NCBI GenBank assembly: GCA_951406725.2
Contig: OX597842.1
Span: 24,242,001 to 24,306,000 of the forward strand
DNA: 64,000 nucleotides
Direction: 5' to 3'
From: Octopus vulgaris
Lineage: Eukaryota
In this document: in pieces, positions 46,076 to 57,626 of the stretch
Position numbering within the stretch: position 1 is the first letter of the stretch
Layout of the letters: every line of letters starts with the position of its first letter
Notes under the pieces: generated by a model
The model's input: the letters and a program-made list of their open reading frames with translations, nothing else
Told to the model about the DNA's origin: nothing
Database searches by the model: none
Translations under genes and position numbers: made by a program

Positions 46076-47046
46076 GGGGACATGGTAACTCTCATCACAA
46101 CAGGTGCCATTCTAACCAGATGCCCATCATAAATCCCTGCTTGGTGTCTGGTAAGAACAAGACCATGAAAACCTGCTCTACAGAATGATTTAGCAAAAAA
46201 TAAGTATCATCCGTTGCAGGGATTGAGCAGGGATGTGTTTGAACCATAGGTAGAGTGGGGCATTAGGCTCTTGAAAAATATTTCCCACTCTACACCCAAA
46301 ACTGTGACAAACAGCAATAAGCCTCCAGCTAGTGCCAGAATATGTGGGCAGTAGCACAAAGGGTGCAGATCCTGGGATCCCTGAGTGTGTCCAGCAGAGG
46401 ATAACTGATCATGGATGGGAACTGGAGTGTAATACATTTGTGTCAAGATAATATATCCTCAAGAAAACAGAGCAAATTAATATAATCAATATTGTTTGAA
46501 TAAAAAACACAAATCGTAATTAGTGAGTTGATGCAAATGAGGAAAATGTGAAAAATGAATTTATTTTGTAAAAAGTAATACATTTGCTGTATTTTATTCA
46601 GCAGGACATCTGTTTTATCATTAATATTGTTATTGATCAATATGAATAAGTATATGTTTAGTTAAGGTAGATTATTGAGAGAATGATTTAGCACAGATTA
46701 CACAGTCATAAGAATCTTCTCCTGTATGAATATGTTTGTGTTTAGTTTATTATTTCTCTCTATGAAAGAATGACTTGTCCCAGATGTCACAGTGATATGA
46801 TTTCTCTCCTGTATGAATGTATTTGTGATGAGTTCAATATTGTTCCACAGAGAATGATTTACCTCAGATATCACAGCAATAGAGTTTCTCTCCTGTATGA
46901 ATACGTTTATAAGTATATACAGCATATTCCTGAGAGAATGATTTGCTGCAGACATCACAGTCACATAGTTTCTCTCCAGTATGAGCAGACTTGTAATTAA
47001 TTAAATATTTTCTTAAACGGAATAATTTACTGCAGATACTACACTG

Positions 47047-48268
47047 CTATGGTTTGTCCCCTGTATTAATGCATTTGTGTCTATTAAAGTACCTCTTCTG
47101 AGAGAATGATTTACCACAGATATAGCACCGATATGGTTTCTCACCTGTATGAACTGATTTGTGAGAATCAAGGTAACTTTTTTGAGAGAATGATTTACCA
47201 CAAATATCGCAGTGATGTGGTTTCTCTCCTGTATGAATGTGTTTGTGAGAATCAAGGGTACTCGTATAACAGAATGATTTACCACAAATATCACAGTGAT
47301 ATGGTTTCTCTCCTGTATGTATGGCTTTGTGTTTAGTAAGGTTATATTTTTTAGGGAATGATTTACCACAGATATCACAGTGATATGGTTTCTCTCCAGT
47401 ATGAACGACTTTGTGATAAGAAAGGGCAGTCTTTTGAGAGAATGATTTACCACAAATATCACATTGATATGGTTTCTCTCCAGTATGAGTGTATTTGTGA
47501 TGAGTGAGGCTATATTTCTGAGTGAATGATTTACCACAAATATCACATCGATATGGTTTCTCTCCTGTATGAATGGATTTGTGAGAAGAAAGGTGACTTT
47601 TTTGAGAGAATGATTTACCACAAATATCACATCGATATGGTTTCTCTCCTGTATGAATGGATTTGTGAGTAGTGAAATAACTTTTTAATGAAAAGGATTT
47701 ATCACAGATATCACACTGATATGGTTTCTCACCTGTGTGAATATATTTGTGAGAATTAAGGCTACTTTTTTTGAGAGAATGATTTACCACAAACATCACA
47801 CTGATGTGGTTTCTCTCCTGTATGAATGTGTGTGTGAGAATCAAGGGAACTTCTATGAGAGAATGATTTACCGCAAATACGACATTGATTTGGTTTCTCT
47901 CTTGTATGAATGTATTTGTGTTTAGTAATATTATATTTTGTAGAGAATGATTTACCACAGATATCACAGTGATATGGTTTCTCTCCACTATGAACAGATT
48001 TGTGATAAGAAAGGACAGTCCTTTGAGAGAATGATTTACCACAAATATCACACTGATATGGTTTCTCTCCAGTATGTGTGTATTTGTGATGAGTAAGGTG
48101 ACTTTTTTGAGAGAATGATTTACCACAGATATCACAATGATATTGTTTCCCCCCTGAATGAATGAATTTGTGAACAGTGAGATTTCCCTTATTAGAAAAA
48201 GTCTTTTTACAGATATCACATTGGTCTGATAACTTTTCTCTTTCTTTTAACATCTCCAGACTATTCAT
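47047..48268 (-). CDS. C2H2 zinc-finger gene A2, 14 fingers, single +1 frameshift in a homopolymer (pseudogene or sequencing error)
   Basis: ORFs 47762-48268 and 47047-48219 join into one finger array if the T7 run at 47766-47772 is T6, as in the equivalent finger near 8232. Acceptor at 48605-48606. Confidence 0.8.
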
Positions 48269-48974
48269 TATTGTTCTGTAGTATACAGACAGAAAATATA
48301 TTTTCCCCTTCTTCTTTATATATATCTTCTACAGCAAATCTGATCTTGAATATCTAAAAATGATACAAACACCGTTCCAGATTTTCTCACATTCAAACTG
48401 AATGTGAAATACTTTTGTAAATATTCCTGGCAATGAGGAAAACAATTGTTGCTATCAATTCAGAAGAAATATTTCACCGTTATTCACCAGAGATATATTA
48501 TATAAACAGAGTTATTATCTATTATTTATAACGGCTGACGTTCGTTTTCAAAACATGATCAATATTCATGATGTATCTCACGTAAAACTCCTTTATACGA
48601 GTATCTGAAATGACACAGAAACAGTAGAAGATATAGGAAAGACTTTAAAAAGCAAAGGGTTAACAATAAAAATTATAACTACATTTTCATAATGATAAAC
48701 TGAGGATATAAACTTTTACCCGAATAAATTACACTTTAAAATGATACTCATGACACAAGACATTACTTTCGTCTATAATGACCTGAGTCATAAATCTAAT
48801 ACTTTCTCTAGTTTAGTTTCAATGCACCCAAACAAACAAAAGGAAAAGCAGTGTAAATAACGGACAGAGTCAAAACTATTGAAAAGGTTGCAAGACGCAA
48901 AGAAAATTTTAGGAAAAAAGGAAATAAGTAAGAAATAACTGCAAAATTTTACCGATGAGTGTGTTAAATTATAA

Positions 48975-49941
48975 GGCATCAACCACAGTGAAAATTTTGT
49001 TGATCCGACAAATGCGTCAGTGAGCACACAAACGATAGAGAGATTGTGGGGGTCAGTTAAGAGATCAGTTGTTCGCCCAGGCATTCGTGCCTGTTACTTA
49101 AAGCAATACCTCTCCAAGTTCCTATTCATGGAAAGCATCAAACCTGCTGCCAAGAGAAAACACGTATTCTTATTGGCAGCAGCAAGTCTTTATCCTGGCC
49201 CGAGATAATTTTTTCCTCCAACCCATCTCATTTCTTTATCATCACTGTCGATGGACCACTCAAAGAGGTATGTATACATTATCATTTTCGTAACATAATT
49301 TCTGTAGTATTTCAAGATGTTTCTGACACGTATTTTGATTCATATGGCGGAGATCCAACATTTCTTCACTTTTTCCAGAATTTCTTCTCTTTTTTTTTTT
49401 TTTTGCGAAATATGTACAAAAATACGGAATTTATGATGTGTGAGTGTGTGTTCTTGATACTCGTTTAGAACAAGTAGTTTTACACCAATTACACTATTTT
49501 TTCTTAGTTTAAAGGCCGTGGACTGAAGATGTGAAATTTCCGAAGCCTCTCCCCCACCCCCTTTCGCGAGTGCGTATTTTTTTTTATCATATTCGTTTAG
49601 AGCAAGTTGTTTTACACCTATTACGCTATTTTTGTTTTTGTGCCCGGGTCAGACGGTTTCGGAAATTCCCGATGCAAATTTTCCCAGGCTTCTCCCCCAC
49701 CCCTCTTTCGCGAGGGCGCATTTTTTTTGTCATATTCGTTTAGAGCAAGTTGTTTTACACATATTACACTATTTTTTTTTGTTTTGGTGCCCGGGTCAGC
49801 CCCTCAGACGCTTTCGGAAATTCCCGATGTGAATTTTCCGAGGCCTCTCCCCCACTCCCCTTTCGCGTGCGCGCATTTTTTTTTCATATTCGTTCATATT
49901 TTTTCTTGTTTCTTTGAATGGTGTAACGCTTTAGTTTAACC
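48975..49941 (+). mobile_element. Merlin/ISXO2-like transposon remnant
   Basis: INHSENFVDP..TQTIERLW transposase C-terminal motif. Three subterminal repeats of about 130-140 bp (49460-49895). TIR ends ..TTTAGTTTAACC at 49941. Confidence 0.75.
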
Positions 49942-50625
49942 GTTAATTCTATTCGCCAATAAATGTCTTTAATTAAGCCAAGAAAATTTGGATTTTACTT
50001 GGCATGGCCATGAAAAAGCACCGAATTTTTAGCTTTTTTTATTACAGTAGATATTCCATTTGCTGACTGTGTCGATTCAAAGCCGTCTATTGATTTATCA
50101 TAGAGGTATTATTTGCTAAACATCTATATTTGCTGTTCCTGTCGAAATAATCCACGTTAATTATGTCTGATTTTTGCTCCTGTGAATAATCTGCAATCTA
50201 ATAAAACAGAAATAGCTGACTGCAACATGAGGCCAGTGGTACCGCGATGATAAAACAAGATACACCTTTTCGTAGACAGAATCAGCAAATGGCTTAAACT
50301 TGAAAAGAAACGAATACACAAACGTATTTATGATCCAGACCTTCAACACATGTGAATGCAGAATTTCTTTAAAAGATTTACATTATTAATAAGGTTACAG
50401 AAGGAAAAGTCGTGGTGGGTTGGTGTTTAAATTATAGTTGTGTTTATGTTTGATGTATTCTAAAAGTCAGGACAGTCGGGAACACAAGCGAATTTCATTA
50501 AGAGGTCTGCTCAATCAGGGATGACCTTGGGCTAAACAACAGTGACTTGCCACGTTTCTGAAGATAGAATATTATTGTCCACCGTTTTGTAGTTTAACAT
50601 TTTCCATAATATCTGAAGGTGGAGG

Positions 50626-50744
50626 GGTTAAACTAAAGCGTTACACCATTCAAAGAAACAAAAAAAAAAAAATGTGTGTAATAGGTGTAAAACAACCCAG
50701 TGTGGTTGGCCATGGATGGCTTCTAAATTTCCTTTAGTTTAACC
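50626..50744. mobile_element. Mini-element with the same TIR (GGTTAAACTAAAG)
   Basis: The left 35 bp is the reverse complement of 49907-49941; the right end is CTTTAGTTTAACC. Confidence 0.7.
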
Positions 50745-50852
50745 GAATTAACATCGATGTCAAACTAGCAACTTTTAAAACTTTTTACTTTTGTTTGGAG
50801 TTTCGAATTAGCCAGGTTAATCGGCTTCTGCTAAAAAATAAAATATATATTA

Positions 50853-51068
50853 CATCTTACCTGTTTTGATAAGTAGATCATATGTTACGATAATTAGATT
50901 AATGTGAATTAATGTTAATTACACAAAAGAGCAATTAACGGGAATATAGTATAAAGACACTCTAAAAGTCGGCATGGAAAGTCAACGAAACGAACTAAAA
51001 ATCTTGATGTTGTATACCTCGTATTACTACACATTTGTCGGATGATAAAACTGAGTTGGTAAATTTTT
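50853..51068 (-). promoter_or_regulatory. Promoter / exon 1 module (A2)
   Basis: Homologous module; donor CAG|GTAAGA at 50860-50859. Confidence 0.65.
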
Positions 51069-51472
51069 AATGTTTTATTATTGCTATAATTACTACTTAA
51101 AATTTTGAATTGTAAGAAAAAATCCAAATGATGGCAAAAGATACAAAACTAAAGCTTATTTTCCAGTCGATTGCTACTTTTACGCTGTTCTGTCGTCGAA
51201 CCCGTAAGTTACAGGGACGGAAAGAAACGAATCCAGCTTAGCAGAGTGATGTTGGATGAGGATAGGGGGAAACATGCATGCATCAGTGTTCGAAAACCAT
51301 TTTTGGTTTGTTTATATTCCAGTAACTTAGTTGTGCAATGGAAGAGGGCGGGGGTAAAGAATACGCACACCACCCGTTTACGGTGTAAGCCTAACCCATG
51401 CGTCGCAGGAGGCGGAAGAGGTCAAGCAGGACGCACGTGTGGTCATCGACGAAGCGACAGTTCGAGCAGAGA

Positions 51473-53645
51473 TGAGAAATCGCACGTTGACGTCGGTTGT
51501 GTTTTTTTTACGCTCGTGAAATTTGGTAAAAAAGAACAAAAAGTGAGAGGGAAAATTGTTGTTGTGGAATTTTGTTTCGTTTGTTGATGCGGTTTCGCGT
51601 TACACTGGTTCTACGCGTTGCACTGTTTCTGTTCGGGCGGCCGTTTTCGGTCTGTCAGACGGAGGGATATGGACGACCACTCCCTAGTGGCGGAGTCGGA
51701 GGAAGAATGGATATTTGAGACCTTGTCGGAGACATCGACCTCTGAAGACGAGCAAATCGGTGATGTAAATAATGTGGAGATAAAAAACAGGAAAACGTAC
51801 GCAGGAGTTGCAAAAAAGAAGACGGCACAGGAAAAGGAAATAAACCTAGAAAAATTGCCAGGTTTCTAGAGGTATATGAGGAAGGACAGCGGTGAGGTGG
51901 AACTAACACCACCACCAAAGAGAAAAGAATGGTTGGAGAAAAGGACCATCATATACAGGGTATTCGCAAGCGGAACGAAAAAGATAGAAGAGTGAATTAT
52001 AATGAAAAAACCCCGAATAATGGCAAAAAATACAAAAGTATATGCTGACTACTTATTTTCAGGTTTTTTGCTACTCTTACGATCTCCTCTTATGGAGTGG
52101 AGAAATGAGGCGCTAAGAAGAACGGAAGAGGAAATCGAATTTCTGTCGAGAGGTTCAAAATATGGTACTGTAGTAGTACAGTTCAAAAGTGAGAAGGCAG
52201 CAAGGAAGATGGCGGCGAAGGCGGTGAAATCCGAGAAGGTAATACTTTTGCCTACGTATTTAAATAGAAAAATCACAAGAGTAAGGGTCGAGGGAATAGC
52301 CCCAAACGTTGAAGCCGAGTGGATTGTGGCGGCTATAATTAGCGGCCACGAGGATGAAGTGGACATCCTCCATGCCTCGGTTAAGACCGAGGGCTGGAGA
52401 GGCGTGACAGTGGAACTAAATGTGCAGGCAGAGAACGATGTACTGGTGGACCTAACAGAAAACATCAGATTGGGAGACGTGATCATGAGAGTGTGGGTGG
52501 AGGGCAGGGCGCCCAGGTGCTATAAGTGTGGCCTGAGGGGTCACATAAGAGCCTACTGCCCTCCCCCACAAAAAGAAACAGTGATCCAGGAAGAGGAGGA
52601 AACGGAGCCGGAAAAAGTTGAAGCGGAAGAACCTGAGGAGGAGAAGGAAATCCAAACTGAGTGGGAAGACGTACGGAAAAAAAGAAAAAGAAAGAAAGTG
52701 AACTTTATTGAATCCCAATCCACCCCAACACCACCCGCACCCTCTGAGCCCCATCCTTCCCCTGCAAACAAAGAGCCCACCCATTCCCCACCTACAAGAA
52801 AACCTAAAAACGCAGACACACAGATGATACAAGAGCCCAAGCCCCATACTTTATGTTTTATAAAAAAGGAAGACAATGTGAAGCCGACAAGTATCTTTGG
52901 TGAAAAATCATGGTATGAGGGAGAAGATGGAAGTTACATGGCGATGAAAGGTGAAATAATGGACGCAAGGAAGATTTTGTCGGAAAAAAAGGGTGTAGAA
53001 GCGATTGAGGTGGAATTTTCGGATGAGAAGATAAAAGAGTGTGAAGAGATATTTGAGATAGTATTAGGAAAGGAGGGGCTTTTGATTGGAGATGATAGGT
53101 GACGAAGGGTTGTGAAGGACAGGTAAGTGATGCTGGCGGATGGGGCCGTTAGCATCGCTTTCATATTACCATTTTTTCATTTAAAATTCATTTTTCATAA
53201 TATTAATTATAATGTTCTATGTCCCCTCTCCGTCGCCCCTTGTGGGTAATAAAAAATCAGAGATGAGAAATCGCACGTTGACGTCGGTTGTGTTTTTTTT
53301 ATACGCTCGTGAAATTTGGTAAAAAAGAACAAAAAGTGAGTGGGAAAATTGTTGTTGTTGTGGAATTTTGTACGTTTGTTGATGCGGTTTCGCGTTACAC
53401 TGGTTCTACGCGTTGCACTGTTTCTGTTCGGGCGGCCGTTTTCGGTCTGTCAGACAGAGGGAGATGGACGACCACTCCCTAGTGGAGGAGTCGGAGGAAG
53501 AATGGATATTTGAGACCTTGTCGGAGACATCGACCTCTGAAGACGAGCAAATCATATTATTTTCATATTATTAATTATAATGTTCTATGTCCCCAATGTT
53601 TTGTAATGTCCCCTCTGCATCTTCCCTTGTGGGTAATAAAAAAAT
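51473..53645 (+). mobile_element. ORF1/Gag-only retroelement with A-ORF-B-A-B repeat layout
   Basis: Direct repeats of about 290 bp (51473-51758 and 53264-53552). Two 3' tails ending CCCTTGTGGGTAATAAAAAA. CAGAGA at all three junctions. No RT. Confidence 0.8.
51669..53102 (+). pseudogene. L1/Tx1-like ORF1 (Gag-like) protein with CCHC zinc knuckle
   Basis: One frame from ATG 51669: acidic N-terminus, TYAGVAK, knuckle CYKCGLRGHIRAYC, basic KKRKRKK. It is interrupted only by TAG 51867-51869 and a 99-100 bp insertion; 52002-53102 remains open. Confidence 0.8.
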
Positions 53646-54089
53646 CAGAGACGAGGAAGCGACAGGACGTGTCAAATTCGTAAGAGACCTCGGATCTTCG
53701 CCGAGGTAAGGCCTTTTGTATTTCTTCCTCCCGTTGCTTCTCCTTCTGTTGTCCTCTTCATCCATCACACTACACATACATACTTGTCCTTCTCATCAAG
53801 CAAACTCTCTTGAATTTGGATTTAATGAAAATAATATTGAATAAGACTTTGCGAGTCAGCTTTACATAATTTCTTGGGTATTGGTTAGAAAACAACCCAC
53901 GGGTTTCTCACCTTAACCTTAAAAAGAAATAAACGAAGAACGACACTACAGGTTTAAAGAGGAGATCGTAAGAGTAGCAAAAAACCTGAAAATAAGTAGT
54001 CAGCATATACTTTTGTATTTTTTGCCATTATTCGGGGTTTTTTCATTATAATTCACATTTCGAAAACGTAATTATAGCAATAAAAACCA

Positions 54090-54295
54090 TTAAAAATTTA
54101 CCACTTCAGTTTTAGCATCCGACAAATGCGTAGTAATAGGACGGATACAATATTCAGATTTCAGTTCGTTTCGTTGACGTTCCGTGTCGATTTTTCTAAA
54201 GTGCCTTTAAATTATATTTCCCGCCAGATTGATGCTTTCTGTAATTAACGTTAATTCATAGTAAACACTAATTTATTTATCATCACAGGTAAGAT
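54090..54295 (+). promoter_or_regulatory. Putative ZNF promoter / non-coding exon 1 module (B2)
   Basis: Contains TTTACCAC..TTAGCATCCGACAAA..GTTCGTTTCGTTGACGTTCCGTGTCG and a strong donor CAG|GTAAGA at 54289. The module recurs upstream of every ZNF exon in the gene's orientation. Confidence 0.7.
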
Positions 54296-54500
54296 ACAAT
54301 ACATGTTTTGTTTGTGGTAAAAGCCGATGACCCTGGTTAATTGGAAACTCCAGACAATTGTGAAAGTTTTGCATGTTGCTAATCTGATTTCGATATTAAT
54401 TCCATTCTCCGTTAAACTTCTTGGATAATGCCAAGAAAATCTAATCTTAATTTTTACTTGGTATGTCGATGAAAAAGCACCAAATTTTTGATGTCTTTTA

Positions 54501-54888
54501 GGCGATGTTACGGTATAAGTACCGGATACATTTAAAAAAAAGTGGGGTTTTCTTTATATATGGAGGGTTAGGGTTAGGGTTTCTGTTAGGGGTGGGAGAA
54601 AAGGGTTTCTGTTATAAATCATTAAAATCCTTAAAAATGTTAAGCCCGAAGGCCGCGGCCATGGTGGGGCATCACCGCTGGAACTCATATCTTCAGAGAT
54701 GTAAACAAAGTCACGTGTGTACATATACCGAAGGATCGCCACATACCCTAACCCTAACACAAACCCTAGCCCTCACAGAAACCCTAACTTTAACCCTCAC
54801 CCTAACTCCCCATATATAAAAATAACACTTTTTTGAATTGTATCTGGTACTTCCGAAAGTACACCGGTACTTATACCGTAAGATCGCC
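54501..54888. mobile_element. GGCGAT-ended MITE with TTAGGG-like repeats
   Basis: TIR GGCGAT(C/G)TTACGGTATAAGTACCGG; TSD (G/T)TCTTTTA. Copy at 15622-15966; short relatives at 30893-31048 and 37482-37618. Confidence 0.8.
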
Positions 54889-56069
54889 TTCTTTTATTAC
54901 AGTAGACATTCCATTTGTTACTTGTGTCCATTCGAAGCTGTCTATCGCTTTATTATAGAGGTATAACTTGCTACGTATCACTATTTGCTGTTTATTTTGT
55001 CAAAATGATTGGCTTTAATAGTTATCTCTATTCTCTCTTTTACTTGTTTCAGTCATTTGACTGTGGCCATGCTAGAGCACCACCTTTTAGTCGAGCAAAT
55101 CGACCCCAGGACTTATTCTATTCGGTCTGTTTTGACGAACCACTAGGTTATGGGGACGTAAACACAGACACATAAACATACATATACACATATATACGAC
55201 GGGCTTCTTTCCATGCTTCCTCAGATTCGCCAACACTACACCTGATTTTCTCCCCTCCATACACACGCAAACATGTATCTGACTCATACACTGTTCGCTT
55301 TCCAGACATTTGTACATTACTGCATATACTTTATACGCACTTTAGACAAGTTGTGGTGCACCTGAGCACTGTATACAGTAATTTCATTATTGTTATTTTA
55401 AAAGTCGTGAACACAACCTAATTTCATTAATAGACCTGTTCAGCCAGGGATGATTCCGGGCTAAACAACAGTGACTTATCACATTTCTGAAGATAGTAGG
55501 AAGTTATTGTCCAATATTTTGTAGTTTAACATTTTACGTAATATCTGAAGGCAAAGGAACAGAAGTCTGTGTATAGAGACTAATTATTCGGGTTAAGGTT
55601 TATATAAACAGTTTATTATTATGAAAATGTAGTAATATTTTTTATAGTTGAATCTCTGCTTTTCAAGTCTTTCCTATATCTTCTACTGTTTCTGTGTCAT
55701 TTCAGAATATGAGATGTTAGTGGTATAAAGGAGTTTTTACATCAGATACATCATGAATAGTAATCATCATTTGAAGACTAATGGAAGATATTATAAATAA
55801 TATATATAACCCTGTTTCTATTACAAATCTATGGTGAATAACTGTGAAATATTTCTTTGGAATTAATACGAACGTTTGTTTTCTTCATTGCCAGTATTTT
55901 ACATTCTGTTTGAATTTGGAAAAATCTGTGAAGGTCTTTGTATTATCTTCAGATATTCGAGAAGATCAGATTTGCTGTATATATAGCAGTAGAAGTATTT
56001 GAATCAACAAAGACATTTATAAAGAAGAAAAGAAAAATATATTTTGAGGTCGTATACTGTAGAACCATA

Positions 56070-57626
56070 ATGAATCCGCCGGAGATGACAAGAGAAAGAG
56101 AAAAATTATCAGACCCATGTGATATCTGTAAAAAGACTTTTTCTAATACAGCAAATCTCACTGTTCACAAGTGTATTGATCCAAGTGGAAAGCAATATCG
56201 CTGTGATATCTGTGGCAGATCATTCTCTAAGAAAGATCATCTTACTCATCACAAATACATTCATACAGGAGAGAAACCATATCAGTGTGGTATTTGTGGT
56301 AAATCATTCTCTCATAGGAGTAGCCTTACTTGTCACAAATACATTCATACAGGAGAGAAACCATATCACTGTGACATCTGTGGTAAATCATTCTCCCAAA
56401 AAAGCCCCCTTAATTCTCACAAATATGTTCATACAGGAGAGAAACCATATCAATGCGATATCTGTGATAAATCCTTTTCACTAAGGAGTGATTTAGCTAA
56501 ACACAAACGTTCACATACTCATGAAAAGCCGTATCACTGCGAAATTTGTGGTAAATCATTCTCTCGAAAAAGTCACCTTGATTCTCACAAATCCATTCAT
56601 ACAGGAGAGAAACCGTATCACTGTGACATCTGTGGTAAATCATTCTCTCAAAGAAGTCACCTTGATTCTCACAAATACATTCACACAGGAGAGAAACCAC
56701 ATCACTGTGATATATGTAATAAATCCTTTTCAATAAGAAGTTCTTTAATTAAACACAAACTTATTCATGCTCATGAGAAGCCATTTCATTGTGATATTTG
56801 TGGTAAATCATTCACTCACAAATGTAACCTTGATTCTCACAAATTCATTCATACAAGAGAGAAACCACATCACTGTGATATCTGTGGTAAATCATTCTCT
56901 CATAACAGTAACCTTACTAAACACAAATACATTCATACAGGAGAGAAACCATATCACTGTGATATCTGTGATAAATCCTTCTCATTAAAAAGTCATTTAA
57001 CTACTCACAAACTTACACATACAGGTGAGAAGCCACATCACTGTGATATTTGTGGTAAATCATTCCCTTATAAGAATAGCCTTACTTATCACAAATCAAT
57101 TCATACAGGAGAGAAACCATATCACTGCAATATCTGTGGTAAATCCTTTGTAGTGAGAAGTAATTTAACTGCTCATGAACTTACTCACACTAATGAAAGG
57201 CAATTTCAATGTGATATCTGTGGTAAATCATTCTCTGGAAAAAATACCCTTAATAGACACAAATACATTCATACAGGAGAGAAACGATATCACTGTGATA
57301 TCTGTGATAAATCATTCTCTCATAAAAGTAATTTTAATAGACACAAATACATTCATACAGGAGAGAAACCATATCAGTGTGATATTTGTGGTAAATCATT
57401 CTCTCAAAAAGGTAACCTTGATTCTCACAAATCTATTCATACAGGAGAGAAACCATATCACTGCAATATCTGTGGTAAATCCTTTGTATTAAGAAGTTAT
57501 TTAACTGCTCATGAACGTACTCACACTGATGAGAGGCCATATCAGTGTGATATTTGTGGTAAATCATTCTCTGGAAAAAGTAACCTTACTAAACACAAAT
57601 GCATTCATACAGGAGAGAAATCATAG
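56070..57626 (+). CDS. C2H2 zinc-finger protein B2, 518 aa, 18 fingers (first degenerate)
   Basis: ATG at 56070 ([11 protein letters not shown]), intact array, ends TGEKS-TAG. Acceptor at 55704-55705. Inverted paralog of B1. Confidence 0.92.
   Translation: MNPPEMTREREKLSDPCDICKKTFSNTANLTVHKCIDPSGKQYRCDICGRSFSKKDHLTHHKYIHTGEKPYQCGICGKSFSHRSSLTCHKYIHTGEKPYHCDICGKSFSQKSPLNSHKYVHTGEKPYQCDICDKSFSLRSDLAKHKRSHTHEKPYHCEICGKSFSRKSHLDSHKSIHTGEKPYHCDICGKSFSQRSHLDSHKYIHTGEKPHHCDICNKSFSIRSSLIKHKLIHAHEKPFHCDICGKSFTHKCNLDSHKFIHTREKPHHCDICGKSFSHNSNLTKHKYIHTGEKPYHCDICDKSFSLKSHLTTHKLTHTGEKPHHCDICGKSFPYKNSLTYHKSIHTGEKPYHCNICGKSFVVRSNLTAHELTHTNERQFQCDICGKSFSGKNTLNRHKYIHTGEKRYHCDICDKSFSHKSNFNRHKYIHTGEKPYQCDICGKSFSQKGNLDSHKSIHTGEKPYHCNICGKSFVLRSYLTAHERTHTDERPYQCDICGKSFSGKSNLTKHKCIHTGEKS

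Noticed and set aside
54740-54810. TTAGGG/CCCTAA repeats as a telomere or fusion site
   Set aside because: Short, degenerate and always inside MITEs.
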